64,000 nucleotides of DNA from NCBI GenBank assembly GCA_964291235.2, contig OZ219816.1:1696001-1760000 (forward strand), given 5' to 3'. Below the pieces are notes generated by a model. That model saw nothing but the letters and a program-made list of their open reading frames with translations. It had not been told where the DNA came from and did not search any database. The DNA comes from Vicinamibacteria bacterium (GTDB lineage Bacteria > Acidobacteriota > Vicinamibacteria > Marinacidobacterales > Marinacidobacteraceae). Of the stretch, positions 50,074 to 59,378 are shown one piece after another. The position numbers were made by a program, and so were the translations under genes. Position 1 is the stretch's first letter, and every line of letters begins with the position of its first letter.

Positions 50074-50315
50074 CTATTCGCCGGCGGCGCGCCGGGCGGC
50101 GATAGCTTCGAGCGACTTCGCGATGTCCCCGGCGCCGAGGTAGCGCCGGCCTCGTTCAGCAGACCCAGGATCTGGCGGCGGAGCGCCGCGATCCGGGCGG
50201 TGTTCTCGGCGCCGTAGCGCTCCAGCCCGGAATCCACCGCCTCGGTCCAGCGGGCCACCGTTTCCGCCGGCATGTAGCGGATTTCCGGACAATCGGCAAG
50301 TTGCCTGGTAGGCAC
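50074..50315 (-). pseudogene. Internally deleted remnant of an amidohydrolase 3' end (paralog of 52728-54140)
   Basis: PEIRYMPAETVARWTEAVDSGLERYGAENTARIAALRRQIL..LNEA joined by a frameshift to RYLGAGDIAKSLEAIAARRAAGE*. Confidence 0.85.
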
Positions 50316-50492
50316 TCTGCCGCTATCGCATGCGCATCCTGTGGCCCCTCATCCCACCGCGCGTTGGCCTGGGGCCGCGTGCCGACGTGCAGGCCGGCGC
50401 CCTCCTTGCTCTGCTGGCCTCGTTCCAAGTTGCGACATCCCCCCGTTCGCCCCAGGCGTTCCAGACCGGAGGTCCTGCGCCACGCCACCCGG

Positions 50493-51362
50493 CTACCCCG
50501 GCCGGGTGCCGGAAAGGAAGTGGTAGGTGAAGAGACCCTCCTTCAGACCCCGGTCGTAGGCGACGGTCGCCTCCATGAACTCCCGGGACGCCTGGTTCGG
50601 CAGACTATCGGGGTCGATCACGAGTGTGAGCATCAGCCAGTTCTTCCGGAGGGTGTCCGTGTGCCGCGCCACCTCGGTGGAGAGGTCGCGGCCCGTCACC
50701 GCTGCGAACCCCGCTTCCTCGAGAGTTGCGAGCACTTCCCGCCACGGCTCCAGGGGGGGCATACGCCAGCCGCGCCGCGCAATGGCGTGAATCGCTTCCT
50801 GGGATTCGGAGACCGGCGCACCGCTCCGGAGTCCTTCGAGGGCCTGCCATTTTCCCCCCGGCTTCAGCACCCGGTAGATGCCCTGGAGGTAGGCGAGCTT
50901 GTCCGGCGCATAGCAGAAGGACTCATGGTTCAACACCGCATCGAACGTCCCGTCCAAGAACGGCAGATCCATGAAGTCGCCGGAGCGGAAATCGACCAGG
51001 TGGCCGACCCCGCGCTCCTCGGCGTGTTTCGTGGCCACTTCGATGTGGGGCTCGCAGATGGTCAGTCCGGTGACGTGGACGCCGTGCGCCTCCGCGAGCG
51101 TGATTGCCGTCCCGCCGACCCCGCAGCCGGCATCCAGCACCCGCCGCCCCGGGCAGAGGTCGCATCCGTCCACGAGCGTGCGGTTGGCGCGGACCAGCGC
51201 CTCGCGATCGTTCGTCGTCTCCGGTCCCCAAAGGCCGAAGTGGGTCGCCAGCAGGTCTCCGCCGAAGTCCTCCATCTGTTTTGTCAACGCGGCATAGTGC
51301 TCGGAAACCGAGCTGCCCCATTCCGGATTGCGCTGCGGCGGGCGTGGGTCGCGGTCCATCAC
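50493..51362 (-). CDS. Class I SAM methyltransferase (sterol/tocopherol-MT-like)
   Basis: HFGLW, VLDAGCGVGG, VTGLTI, GDFMDLPFLDGTFDAV, ESFCY, RVLKPGG. Confidence 0.9.
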   Translation of the reverse strand: MMDRDPRPPQRNPEWGSSVSEHYAALTKQMEDFGGDLLATHFGLWGPETTNDREALVRANRTLVDGCDLCPGRRVLDAGCGVGGTAITLAEAHGVHVTGLTICEPHIEVATKHAEERGVGHLVDFRSGDFMDLPFLDGTFDAVLNHESFCYAPDKLAYLQGIYRVLKPGGKWQALEGLRSGAPVSESQEAIHAIARRGWRMPPLEPWREVLATLEEAGFAAVTGRDLSTEVARHTDTLRKNWLMLTLVIDPDSLPNQASREFMEATVAYDRGLKEGLFTYHFLSGTRPG

Positions 51363-52690
51363 CCCAGCGACCTCAGCGACGAATCCGGGTTGTCAGCGAA
51401 CGGCAGGTCGTTCCCGCGGAAGACCCGTTTCGGATCGAACTCGCGCTTCCACTGCCGCCCCCGTTCGAAGTTCTCGCCATAGTGCTCCTTCCATTCGGCG
51501 CGTCCGTAGCCCACCCGGCCGGACAGATAGCTCTTTCCTCCGAGTTCGACGAGAGCCCGATCGACCTCCCGCAGCCTTTCCACCAACCCGGTTGCCTCCT
51601 CGTAGGTTCGCGCCACGCAGAGGACCGAGTACGAGGTCATCCGTTCCACGTCCGGACGCATGAAGAGTGGGGCGTCGTCCCTCTTCATTCTGATCGGGTA
51701 CATCCCGATCCAGTTCCAGGGAGATGGCGGCACCCACTCCGGATCCAGCCACGGCTGGGCAATCAGCTTGGGAAGGGTCTCCCAGGGCAGGAACCAGTCG
51801 CGCCACGGGTGGTAGTTGGTCCGGCTGAACCCCCACTTCGGATACATCCCGGCGCGTCCCACCTCGTCGGTGTCTCTGGCCCAGATGATCTTGTCGTGCC
51901 CCAACCCGTCGAGGGCCTTCCCATCGTACTGCTCCCCGTCGTACTCGGAGCCCACGGTCAGGATGATCTCCCGTTCCCGGACCCGGGTTTGCGCCCGCAC
52001 GTGATGAAACCGGTCCTCGGCGACCAGCCGCCGGAAGTCGCTCTCGAAGCGTCCGAAATCACGGTAGAGAAGCTCGTGCAGACGGATCCGCTTGCCGGCC
52101 CGGCGCAGCCGGATCCAGGCTTCGGTGATCACTCCAAACTGCCCCTGGCCACCCCGGACGGCATCGAACAGATCCGCGTTGTCGGTGCGTGAGCACCGCA
52201 GCCGTTCGCCGGTTCCGGTCACCACCTCGAGCTGCTCGACCTGGCCGGCCTGCACTCCGTGGCGGTGCGAGGTGGTCCCGAATCCCCCCGCGGCCAACGT
52301 TCCTCCCACGGTGGCCTCGGCGATGTCCACCAGTACCCGGGGCAGCCGCCCGGTTCCTTCCAGCGCGTCCACGACATCGTCCCACAGTGCGCCGCCCTGG
52401 GCTCGGATCAGCTCCTTCCCCAGCGGTTCGACGCGTTTGAGCCCGGTCGCGTCGAGGACCAGACCTCCCTCCGTGAGGCTCCCGCCACTTTGGGAATGGC
52501 CCGCTCCCCGAACGGCCACCGGGACTCCGTCCCGCCCGGCCCGGCGGACGACGCTCGCTACTTCCGCCGCGCTTTCCGGGGTCGCCACCGCCGCCGGCAT
52601 CCGCCGGATGATTCCCCCGAAGTCGGACGCCCGCGCCTCCCGTTCCTTCGCATTCACGCTCAGGCCGGGGAAGCCATCCGGTTCCAACAT
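51359..52690 (-). CDS. FAD-linked oxidoreductase (VAO/PCMH family, cytokinin-dehydrogenase-like)
   Basis: VRGAGHS (covalent-FAD His), TVGGTLAAGG, GGQGQFGVIT, HPW, KREFDPKRVF; overlaps the methyltransferase start. Confidence 0.88.
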   Translation of the reverse strand: MLEPDGFPGLSVNAKEREARASDFGGIIRRMPAAVATPESAAEVASVVRRAGRDGVPVAVRGAGHSQSGGSLTEGGLVLDATGLKRVEPLGKELIRAQGGALWDDVVDALEGTGRLPRVLVDIAEATVGGTLAAGGFGTTSHRHGVQAGQVEQLEVVTGTGERLRCSRTDNADLFDAVRGGQGQFGVITEAWIRLRRAGKRIRLHELLYRDFGRFESDFRRLVAEDRFHHVRAQTRVREREIILTVGSEYDGEQYDGKALDGLGHDKIIWARDTDEVGRAGMYPKWGFSRTNYHPWRDWFLPWETLPKLIAQPWLDPEWVPPSPWNWIGMYPIRMKRDDAPLFMRPDVERMTSYSVLCVARTYEEATGLVERLREVDRALVELGGKSYLSGRVGYGRAEWKEHYGENFERGRQWKREFDPKRVFRGNDLPFADNPDSSLRSLG

Positions 52691-52727
52691 CCTCGATCCG
52701 GAGGCCAGGCGACGATGCGGGCCGGAC

Positions 52728-54140
52728 CTATTCTCCGGCGGCGCGCCGGGCGGCTATGGCTTCAAGTGCGTCAGCGATGTCCGCGGCGGTCAGGTAGCGG
52801 CCGCCGGCGATCACCGCCGCGATTTCACGGGTGGCTCCGATGTTGTCGAGCGGATTCGATTCGAGGAGAACCAGGTCGGCCCGGTTCCCCGCCGCGATCA
52901 CCCCGAAGTCCGCGGCGATGCGGCCGCCGCGGGCGAGGTGTTCGGCGACGACCCGGGTGCCGGACTCCAGCACCTCGTACGGGGTCATTCCGGCCTCGAC
53001 GTAGGACAGCGCCTCGCGGTGGATCGAGAAACCGGGAACGCTGAAGATCTGCGGCGAGTCGGTGCCGAGCAGGATGAGCGCGTCCGCCTCGTTCAGCGCC
53101 GCCAGAATCTCGCGGCGGAGCGCCGCGATCCGCTCCGTGTTTTCCGCGCCGTAGCGTTCAAGGCCAGCATCCACCGCCTCGGTCCAGCGTGACACGGTCT
53201 CCGACGGCATATACCGGATCTCCGGGCGCTCGGTCCTGAGATCGGAGGACGGCCGGGTGGGGAGGATGCCCGATTCCCAGAGAACGATGGTGGGCACCAC
53301 TCCCGCTCCGCTTGCGCGAAACGCATCGATCACCCCGGGCAACCGGTCCCGGTCCACGAGTTCCGAGAGCCCGGCGATCCCGCGCAGCGCCTCCATTTCT
53401 CCCCGGTCTTCCTCCGGAATCAGCGCCTCCACGAAGTTGTCGAGGTGATCCACGGTGTCCTGCCCGGCTTCAAGGGCGGCAAGGAGACCGACCTCGTCCG
53501 CGACGTGCCCCGCAAACGGAATCCCGAGCTCCCGCGCCGTCGCCGCCAGCGCCGCGTAGGTCTCGGGCGCGAACCCCTCGTGCACCTTGAGCAGATCGAA
53601 GCCGGCGTCCGCGTACTCCCGGACCAGACGCACGGCCTCGTCCCCTGTCTCGATGCGTCCGCTCATCGAGGGACTGCCCACGATGAGGCGGGGCCCGATC
53701 AACTCTCCCGCCGCGATCCGGTCGCGAAGCGCGAGCTGGGTTGCATGTCCCTGCATGCCGCGCACGGTGGTGACGCCGTTTGCGACGTAGAGCATCAGCA
53801 CGTCCTCGATGAGCACGGAAGGGCTGTTCGCGCCGGGCAGGTGGCCGTGCATTTCGGCGAGCCCGGGGATCAGAAACCGTCCCTCCCCGGAAATGGCCAC
53901 CGTCTCCGCTCCCAGGGTCACCTCGGCCGCGGGCAACACCGCGGCGATGCGGCCGTCCTCGACGATCACGGTGTGGTCGGGCAGAACGCGGTCACTGTCC
54001 ATCGGAAGCACGGTGGCCGAGACGATGGCGAGGTCCGCACCGGGTACCGTCGGCTCGGGAGCGCAGGCCAGGCTCCCAAACAGCAGCAGCACCGCGCCCG
54101 GAAGGCGCCGGAACCTGGAATGAGGTCTGTCTTGCATCAT
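52728..54140 (-). CDS. Amidohydrolase-family lipoprotein
   Basis: Lipobox SLAC; IPGLAEMHGH, GVTTVR, LKVH, AGHV, DHLD, LLGTDSP, ADLVLL..NPL. Confidence 0.9.
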   Translation of the reverse strand: MMQDRPHSRFRRLPGAVLLLFGSLACAPEPTVPGADLAIVSATVLPMDSDRVLPDHTVIVEDGRIAAVLPAAEVTLGAETVAISGEGRFLIPGLAEMHGHLPGANSPSVLIEDVLMLYVANGVTTVRGMQGHATQLALRDRIAAGELIGPRLIVGSPSMSGRIETGDEAVRLVREYADAGFDLLKVHEGFAPETYAALAATARELGIPFAGHVADEVGLLAALEAGQDTVDHLDNFVEALIPEEDRGEMEALRGIAGLSELVDRDRLPGVIDAFRASGAGVVPTIVLWESGILPTRPSSDLRTERPEIRYMPSETVSRWTEAVDAGLERYGAENTERIAALRREILAALNEADALILLGTDSPQIFSVPGFSIHREALSYVEAGMTPYEVLESGTRVVAEHLARGGRIAADFGVIAAGNRADLVLLESNPLDNIGATREIAAVIAGGRYLTAADIADALEAIAARRAAGE

Positions 54141-54218
54141 TGGCGCCTCTCCCGGGGAAGATCCGCGGGGATTATGTGGGCGGGGCGGGTGGGAAACTAG
54201 GCGGACACCAGACACCCC

Positions 54219-55274
54219 ATGGCACTCAAGATCGAGATCTGGGGCCCGCCGCTCGGACCGCTGACCGGCGGGAACCTCTACGACCGAATCCTGGCCGAGA
54301 CCCTCCGGGGCCAGGGCCACGAGGTGAGGGTGCGTGAGTTCGCCGGGGACGGGCAGGAGGCCCGAAAGGATGGAAGCTGGGCCGACGTGGTCCTGCAGGA
54401 CGAACTCCTGCACCGGGAGTTTCTTCACCGAAACACCGCCTGGAGGGGCCGCCGGCCGCGGATCATCGCGCTCGTCCACCACCCGATGAGTTCCGAGCCC
54501 GAGCGGGGCGAGGCGGAGCGCCGCCGGCTTCGGAAGGAGGAGCGCGCCTATCTGCGGACGGTGGACGCGGTGCTCGCCCCGAGCCGGGCCAGCGCCACGG
54601 CGGCGCGGCGGCTCGCCGGCAGACCGGTACCGTTCGCCGTCGCGCCGCCGGGACGGGACCGGCTGGCGGGGGCGGAACTGCCTCCCCTGCCCGGCCCCGA
54701 CGAGGTTCGCGCCCGGGCCGTCGGACCGCTCCGCGCCGCTTTCGTCGGGAACCTGATTCCCCGGAAGCGCCTTCTCGAACTCCTCGAGGCGGTCGCCGCC
54801 GTTCCCGAATGGACACTGGCGGTCGCCGGCCGGGAGGACATCGACCGGGAATACGCCACCCGCGCGCACCACCGGGCCAGCGCTTCCGATCTCCGGGGTC
54901 GGGTAACGTTCCACGGGGCGCTCGGCCCGGACCGTTTGGCGACGCTGCTTCGGGCAAGCTGCCTGCTCGCGGTGCCCTCGACCCACGAGGGGTTCGGCAT
55001 CGTCTATCTCGAGGGTTTTGCGTTTGGGTTGCCCGCTCTCGCCGCCGCCTCCGGGGGCGCGACGGAAATCGTGTCTGACGGAGAGACCGGCTGGCTGATC
55101 CGGGCGTCGGATTTCATCCGCGCCACCGAGCGGATCGCCGACTGCCTGCGACTCCTCGCCGCCGATCGCGACCAACTGACCACCATGGCGCTCCGGGCCG
55201 CAGACCGTCACCGCCGCCATCCCACCTGGCGGGAGAGCGCAACCGCGGCGGACCGGCTCCTCACGTTGCCGTAG
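54219..55274 (+). CDS. Glycosyltransferase family 4
   Basis: TGGNLYD, FVGNLIPRK, PSTHEGFGIVYLEGFAFGLP, GGATEIVSDGETG. Confidence 0.9.
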   Translation: MALKIEIWGPPLGPLTGGNLYDRILAETLRGQGHEVRVREFAGDGQEARKDGSWADVVLQDELLHREFLHRNTAWRGRRPRIIALVHHPMSSEPERGEAERRRLRKEERAYLRTVDAVLAPSRASATAARRLAGRPVPFAVAPPGRDRLAGAELPPLPGPDEVRARAVGPLRAAFVGNLIPRKRLLELLEAVAAVPEWTLAVAGREDIDREYATRAHHRASASDLRGRVTFHGALGPDRLATLLRASCLLAVPSTHEGFGIVYLEGFAFGLPALAAASGGATEIVSDGETGWLIRASDFIRATERIADCLRLLAADRDQLTTMALRAADRHRRHPTWRESATAADRLLTLP

Positions 55275-55358
55275 TCCTCCCCCGTCGCCGAGCCGCGAAT
55301 CGGGCCACCTTTGGCGGACAGGGGCCCCAAGACATCACTCAAGCGGAAGTCAAACTCT

Positions 55359-55387
55359 TTGACAGTGATTACAGCTCATGCTACAAA
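55359..55387 (+). promoter_or_regulatory. Near-consensus sigma70 promoter of precursor 2
   Basis: TTGACA-17 bp-TACAAA with TGn extended -10, about 55 bp upstream of the start. Confidence 0.65.
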
Positions 55388-55441
55388 TCGCACAACTGAA
55401 TGAGCTGTCCGTTGCAGGGCACAAGAAACAAGGAGGAAACC

Positions 55442-55714
55442 ATGAATCCCGAAACGATCATGCAGAGTGCTGAGGACATGCGCCGGCGTCTCACCGAGAA
55501 GGCCGTGCAGGATCCCGAGTTCCGCGCGAGTCTCGTATCCGATCCGAAGGGCGTCCTTCAGGCCGAGTACGGCATCCAGTTGCCGGACGAGGTCAGCATC
55601 GAGGTACACGAATCCGACGACAACACCGTCCATTGGGCGCTGCCGTCTTCGGCGACACTGAGCGAGAAGCAGCTCGACCAGATCGCCGCCGGCCTCTGCT
55701 GCTGCGGAATCTGA
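55442..55714 (+). CDS. NHLP-leader RiPP precursor 2, core LCCCGI
   Basis: AAGGAGG RBS; EKAVQDPEFRASLVSDPKGVL...EVHESD.NTVHWALP...LSEKQLDQIAAG|LCCCGI. Confidence 0.92.
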   Translation: MNPETIMQSAEDMRRRLTEKAVQDPEFRASLVSDPKGVLQAEYGIQLPDEVSIEVHESDDNTVHWALPSSATLSEKQLDQIAAGLCCCGI

Positions 55715-55864
55715 AGCAACCGGCCCCCAGGGCCGCTTCCGTCCTCGCGTCCGCAGACCGCTGACCTGAGTTCGGAGCGCCAGCGCGGCCCCTTGCGCCG
55801 CGTTCCGGCGGGCGCTCTGTAAGCACGGAGCGTCCGCTTTGGCGTTTCCCCCGCGTCGCCTTAT

Positions 55865-57001
55865 TCAGACAGGCTGCTGGCCGGGGGCGACCCCGCCCGC
55901 CGGCTGGGCGTAGCGAATCAGCCAGAAGACGTACGCCTTGACCTGCTCGACCCGCTCCGGGGTCAGCGCCACCTTGATGTGGTGGATACCTCGGATCAGC
56001 ACGTACATACCGGCCTTGCCGAACAGCGGTTCCAGACCACACGACGTTTCCTCGAGCGCCGACAGCTTCTCCGGAATGCCCAGGCCGTCCTGCCCGAGCC
56101 CGTCCAGCAGGGCCTTCCAGGGTTCGATGTCCTTCACCCACTCACCCTGACTGGGGAAAAAACTCAACCCGAGCGTTCGTCCCAGGCCGTCCGCCCGGAC
56201 GTCCAGATGCACGCCCAGAGTGCCGAACGCCTCGCGCCGCTCCATGCGACTCGCGACCGAAGCGACCAGATCCCGATTGCCAGCCCAGTCCGCACGTTCC
56301 AGGAACGCGAGGAGTTGGGAGGCGTTCGAGAACCCCGTTACGGCAAGGCGAACCGCCCGCGTGCGTGAAAGGAAGGCCCCGGCGCCCCGAATCGCGGCCT
56401 CCGGCGCCATCGCGGCGTACACCCGTTCGGCTTCGCGCCGTTCCGTCTCGTCGGGCTCCCAACCCAGCGCCGCGACCAGGGCGTCCATCACGACGCCGAG
56501 GTCTCGGCGCGCCGCTTCGGAACCGCCGCCGGCCAGGACGCCCTCCGCCGGATACAGGAAGACACCCGGGGCCGGCGCCACCTCCCCTGGCGTCCGGGGC
56601 ACGTCGTACTCGAGCAGCATCTTCCTGCCGATGATCCGCCGGAGCGCGGAGTCCGCCGGCCTCGTTCCGTCGAGCAGCCGGGCGATGGCCCGCGTGATCG
56701 GATCGGCGCCCGCGCGCCGCGCCTCGGCCGTGTAGTACTCCTCGGAAAGGCTGTCGCCGAGGAGCGACAGGCCGAGATCCGCCACTGGCCGGGGTTCGAG
56801 AAGCGGCAACTCGAACCCGAACGGAAAGGCGGCCAGCGTGACGGGGAGGCCCCGCACCCGTTCCCACGCCCGCCGCCACTCGGCCTCGCCGATCAGCAGC
56901 GGCGACAGCCGCCGCCCGAACGGCGCCAGCAGCGCTTCAAGGGAGGCAGCCTCGCGCGGCAACACCCTCTCGGTCGGGGGCCAGTCCTCCAGGAAACTCA
57001 T
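55865..57001 (-). CDS. Conserved hypothetical RiPP-associated protein (paralog of 37193-38305), cluster 2
   Basis: FPFGFELPL, ADLGLSL, GRKMLLEYD, RAVRLAVTGF, RGIHHIKV, VKAYVF; directly downstream of YcaO as in cluster 1. Confidence 0.8.
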   Translation of the reverse strand: MSFLEDWPPTERVLPREAASLEALLAPFGRRLSPLLIGEAEWRRAWERVRGLPVTLAAFPFGFELPLLEPRPVADLGLSLLGDSLSEEYYTAEARRAGADPITRAIARLLDGTRPADSALRRIIGRKMLLEYDVPRTPGEVAPAPGVFLYPAEGVLAGGGSEAARRDLGVVMDALVAALGWEPDETERREAERVYAAMAPEAAIRGAGAFLSRTRAVRLAVTGFSNASQLLAFLERADWAGNRDLVASVASRMERREAFGTLGVHLDVRADGLGRTLGLSFFPSQGEWVKDIEPWKALLDGLGQDGLGIPEKLSALEETSCGLEPLFGKAGMYVLIRGIHHIKVALTPERVEQVKAYVFWLIRYAQPAGGVAPGQQPV

Positions 57002-57019
57002 GAATTCGACCCCAACAGC

Positions 57020-59356
57020 CTAGGCAATCACGGGGGCCGGGTTGAGTTCGGATTCGGAGAGCGGGCTCGGGAGCCGCCCCATCGCGACCGGCACATCGAA
57101 CAGCCGGCCGGGCGCGAAACGTTCCCAGAAGTGCCGCATTCCCGGCACGATCACCCTTGCCACCGGCATTCCGATGTCGGGGCGGGTCTGGTCGAGGACC
57201 AGGAACTCCATCCCGCGGGTCTCCACCAGCGCCCGGCAGCGCTCGACGTCTTCGCGCACGTCCGTCGTGTCCGGGACGGGATAGTCGTCCCTGCCGCAGA
57301 GAGACGATTCCGGCGCCGGCGCCAGGTAGGGGTTTTCTTCCACCGTGGCCTCCTCCCACCAGCGAAGCGACATCGGATCCATGAGGTCGCGCCCAGCGCC
57401 GCCCCCCTCCACCGCCTGGATCCAGCTCAGGCACTGGTTCAACTCACACACCGCGCGGAGCACCGCCACCTGCGGATCGGGATGCGCCCCCGCACCGTAG
57501 AGGATGGTTTCCGCGTCCCCGCCGGTGCGCCGCGAAACCGCGACGAAGACCGGAATTCCCAGGTCGCTCGTAACGTCAAGCACCCACATTTCGCGTCCCC
57601 GCCGCCGGTAATAGTCGGGCGCGGAAACCAGGTACTCGTCGTCGAAGCTCCCCAGGTCCACGCCGGGCGCCGGGAGCCGGTTGTACCACCAGATCGCGAA
57701 GGCGTCGCGTTCGACCAGCTCCAGGAACCCCTGCAGGATGGCCTCCTCCAGGGTGTTCCCGGCGGCGCAGCCATTGGAATCGGCGACGGGTTCCCAAGCC
57801 TCGCGTTCCTCGGACGGCAGGCCGTACAACATGGACGTCGGCAGGTACCGGTGGCGGCTCTGGGTGAGCGACCACACCGGCGACCAGCTCGCTTCCCGCT
57901 CCGGATCGAAGCGGGGCGGGATCACGTTGTAGGGATGGCCCTGGGCGTTGATCCGATCTCGCTCGTCCAACTGCCGGTCGCTGAAGAGTTGGACGTCGTT
58001 CGGGTGGATCGCCTCGCCGCCGCCCGCCCGTTCGAAGTCGCGGTAACACTTCCGGACCCGGATCTCGTCCCCGTGGAACGCGCCCGAATACCGTTCGAGC
58101 GCTTCACAAAGCGCGCTCGCCTCGGACTGCGCGCGCGTCTCGCCCTTGCCCGCGCTCTTGCTGCGCAGGCTGCGGGTCAGCGAACTCAGCGTTTTCGTGC
58201 GGAGGGCCTGATTGCTGCCGGCCCAGTACACGTGAAGCCACGGGTCCGCTTCCTCCGACGTGCGTTTGACCCAGGTCACGACCCCGCTGACCGGGCTCAC
58301 CAGGTGACGGTAGCGGGCGAGGGTCGCCTCCGGGGCGACACCGCGCACCCCGCCGCTGTTGCGAATCCGCTTCGGGCTGGAAGCGAGCCGGACCGGGACG
58401 GCCGGCCGGTCGGTGCGATAGAGCGCCTCATCGCCGCAGGCAGCGCACTGGGGCCGGCGCCTGACCGGGTGACGCTCATTCTTCAAATGGGTGAGGTCCA
58501 GAGAAAACGCGTACTCGTGGAGCGGCGCCAGCTCCCCGAACACCAGCCACTTGGCTATTTCCGCCGCGGCGAAGCCCAGGACCGAATCCCGGACTCCGGG
58601 TTCCGCTGCGGCCGGGTGGAAGACGGAGTCCGCGTTGCGATTGCGCAGGAAATTGTGGACTTCCTGGTGCCCGCGCAGGCGGTGGGCGAGACAGCGCCAA
58701 CAGGGTCCCTGATCCGCCGGCCGGAAAATCGGCCCGAACAGCGGAGACATTCCGCGGGGGCGGAGCAGCATCCACGGAGTTCCCGACTCGAGCTGCCGCC
58801 GATTGAGGTCGGCGTGCTGCTCATCAAGATAGTCGGCGCAGACGACCACCGTAAGAACAACGCCGGCGGTGCCTGACGGGACGCCCATCCGCTCCAGGCG
58901 CCTCGCGAGTCCGCCTTCGTCACCGTGCACCCGGACCCCGGCGGCGCCGAGTCGCTGCTCCGCCCACCGGGGGGAGGCTCCCAGTGAGGACCAGTAGGCG
59001 GCGCGCTCCCGGGCCATGGCGTGTTCGCCCGAAACCACGTATCCCCTGGAGGCAAGCGCGACGAGCGCCTCGAAGACGTCGGAAGCCGCATGGACGCCGG
59101 CGAGCGCGGCGGCCAGTTCCTCACGCGAGCGGCGTCCGTCGAGCAACGGCAGGAGGTCGGCGTAGAGGGCGCCCCCGAGCAAGGTGTTGAAGGTTTCGGA
59201 AACCAGCAGCAGCTGTCCGCCCCCAACGGGACGGAACTCCAGGTGGGGCGCCAGCGCCGGCCTGTCCACGACGCCGGCGTCGGCAGCGGTGATCCTCTTC
59301 AGGATGCCGCGGCCCGGATTCGCCCGTGGGGCACCCTCCCGGTCCCAGTCCGACAT
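57020..59356 (-). CDS. Fused E1-like/YcaO cyclodehydratase, cluster 2
   Basis: Same motifs as 38315-40657 (GPCWRCL, RRPQCAACG, SAGKG, DSNGCAAG, ELVERDA, LNPAPVIA); start ATG 59356. Confidence 0.95.
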   Translation of the reverse strand: MSDWDREGAPRANPGRGILKRITAADAGVVDRPALAPHLEFRPVGGGQLLLVSETFNTLLGGALYADLLPLLDGRRSREELAAALAGVHAASDVFEALVALASRGYVVSGEHAMARERAAYWSSLGASPRWAEQRLGAAGVRVHGDEGGLARRLERMGVPSGTAGVVLTVVVCADYLDEQHADLNRRQLESGTPWMLLRPRGMSPLFGPIFRPADQGPCWRCLAHRLRGHQEVHNFLRNRNADSVFHPAAAEPGVRDSVLGFAAAEIAKWLVFGELAPLHEYAFSLDLTHLKNERHPVRRRPQCAACGDEALYRTDRPAVPVRLASSPKRIRNSGGVRGVAPEATLARYRHLVSPVSGVVTWVKRTSEEADPWLHVYWAGSNQALRTKTLSSLTRSLRSKSAGKGETRAQSEASALCEALERYSGAFHGDEIRVRKCYRDFERAGGGEAIHPNDVQLFSDRQLDERDRINAQGHPYNVIPPRFDPEREASWSPVWSLTQSRHRYLPTSMLYGLPSEEREAWEPVADSNGCAAGNTLEEAILQGFLELVERDAFAIWWYNRLPAPGVDLGSFDDEYLVSAPDYYRRRGREMWVLDVTSDLGIPVFVAVSRRTGGDAETILYGAGAHPDPQVAVLRAVCELNQCLSWIQAVEGGGAGRDLMDPMSLRWWEEATVEENPYLAPAPESSLCGRDDYPVPDTTDVREDVERCRALVETRGMEFLVLDQTRPDIGMPVARVIVPGMRHFWERFAPGRLFDVPVAMGRLPSPLSESELNPAPVIA

Positions 59357-59378
59357 CCGAACGGCCTCCGGGTTGCGG

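Noticed and set aside
52728-55274. Amidohydrolase and GT4 glycosyltransferase as RiPP tailoring enzymes
   Set aside because: Both are common stand-alone families; the amidohydrolase is an exported lipoprotein and the cores have no obvious glycosylation site after cyclisation. Not excluded, but unsupported
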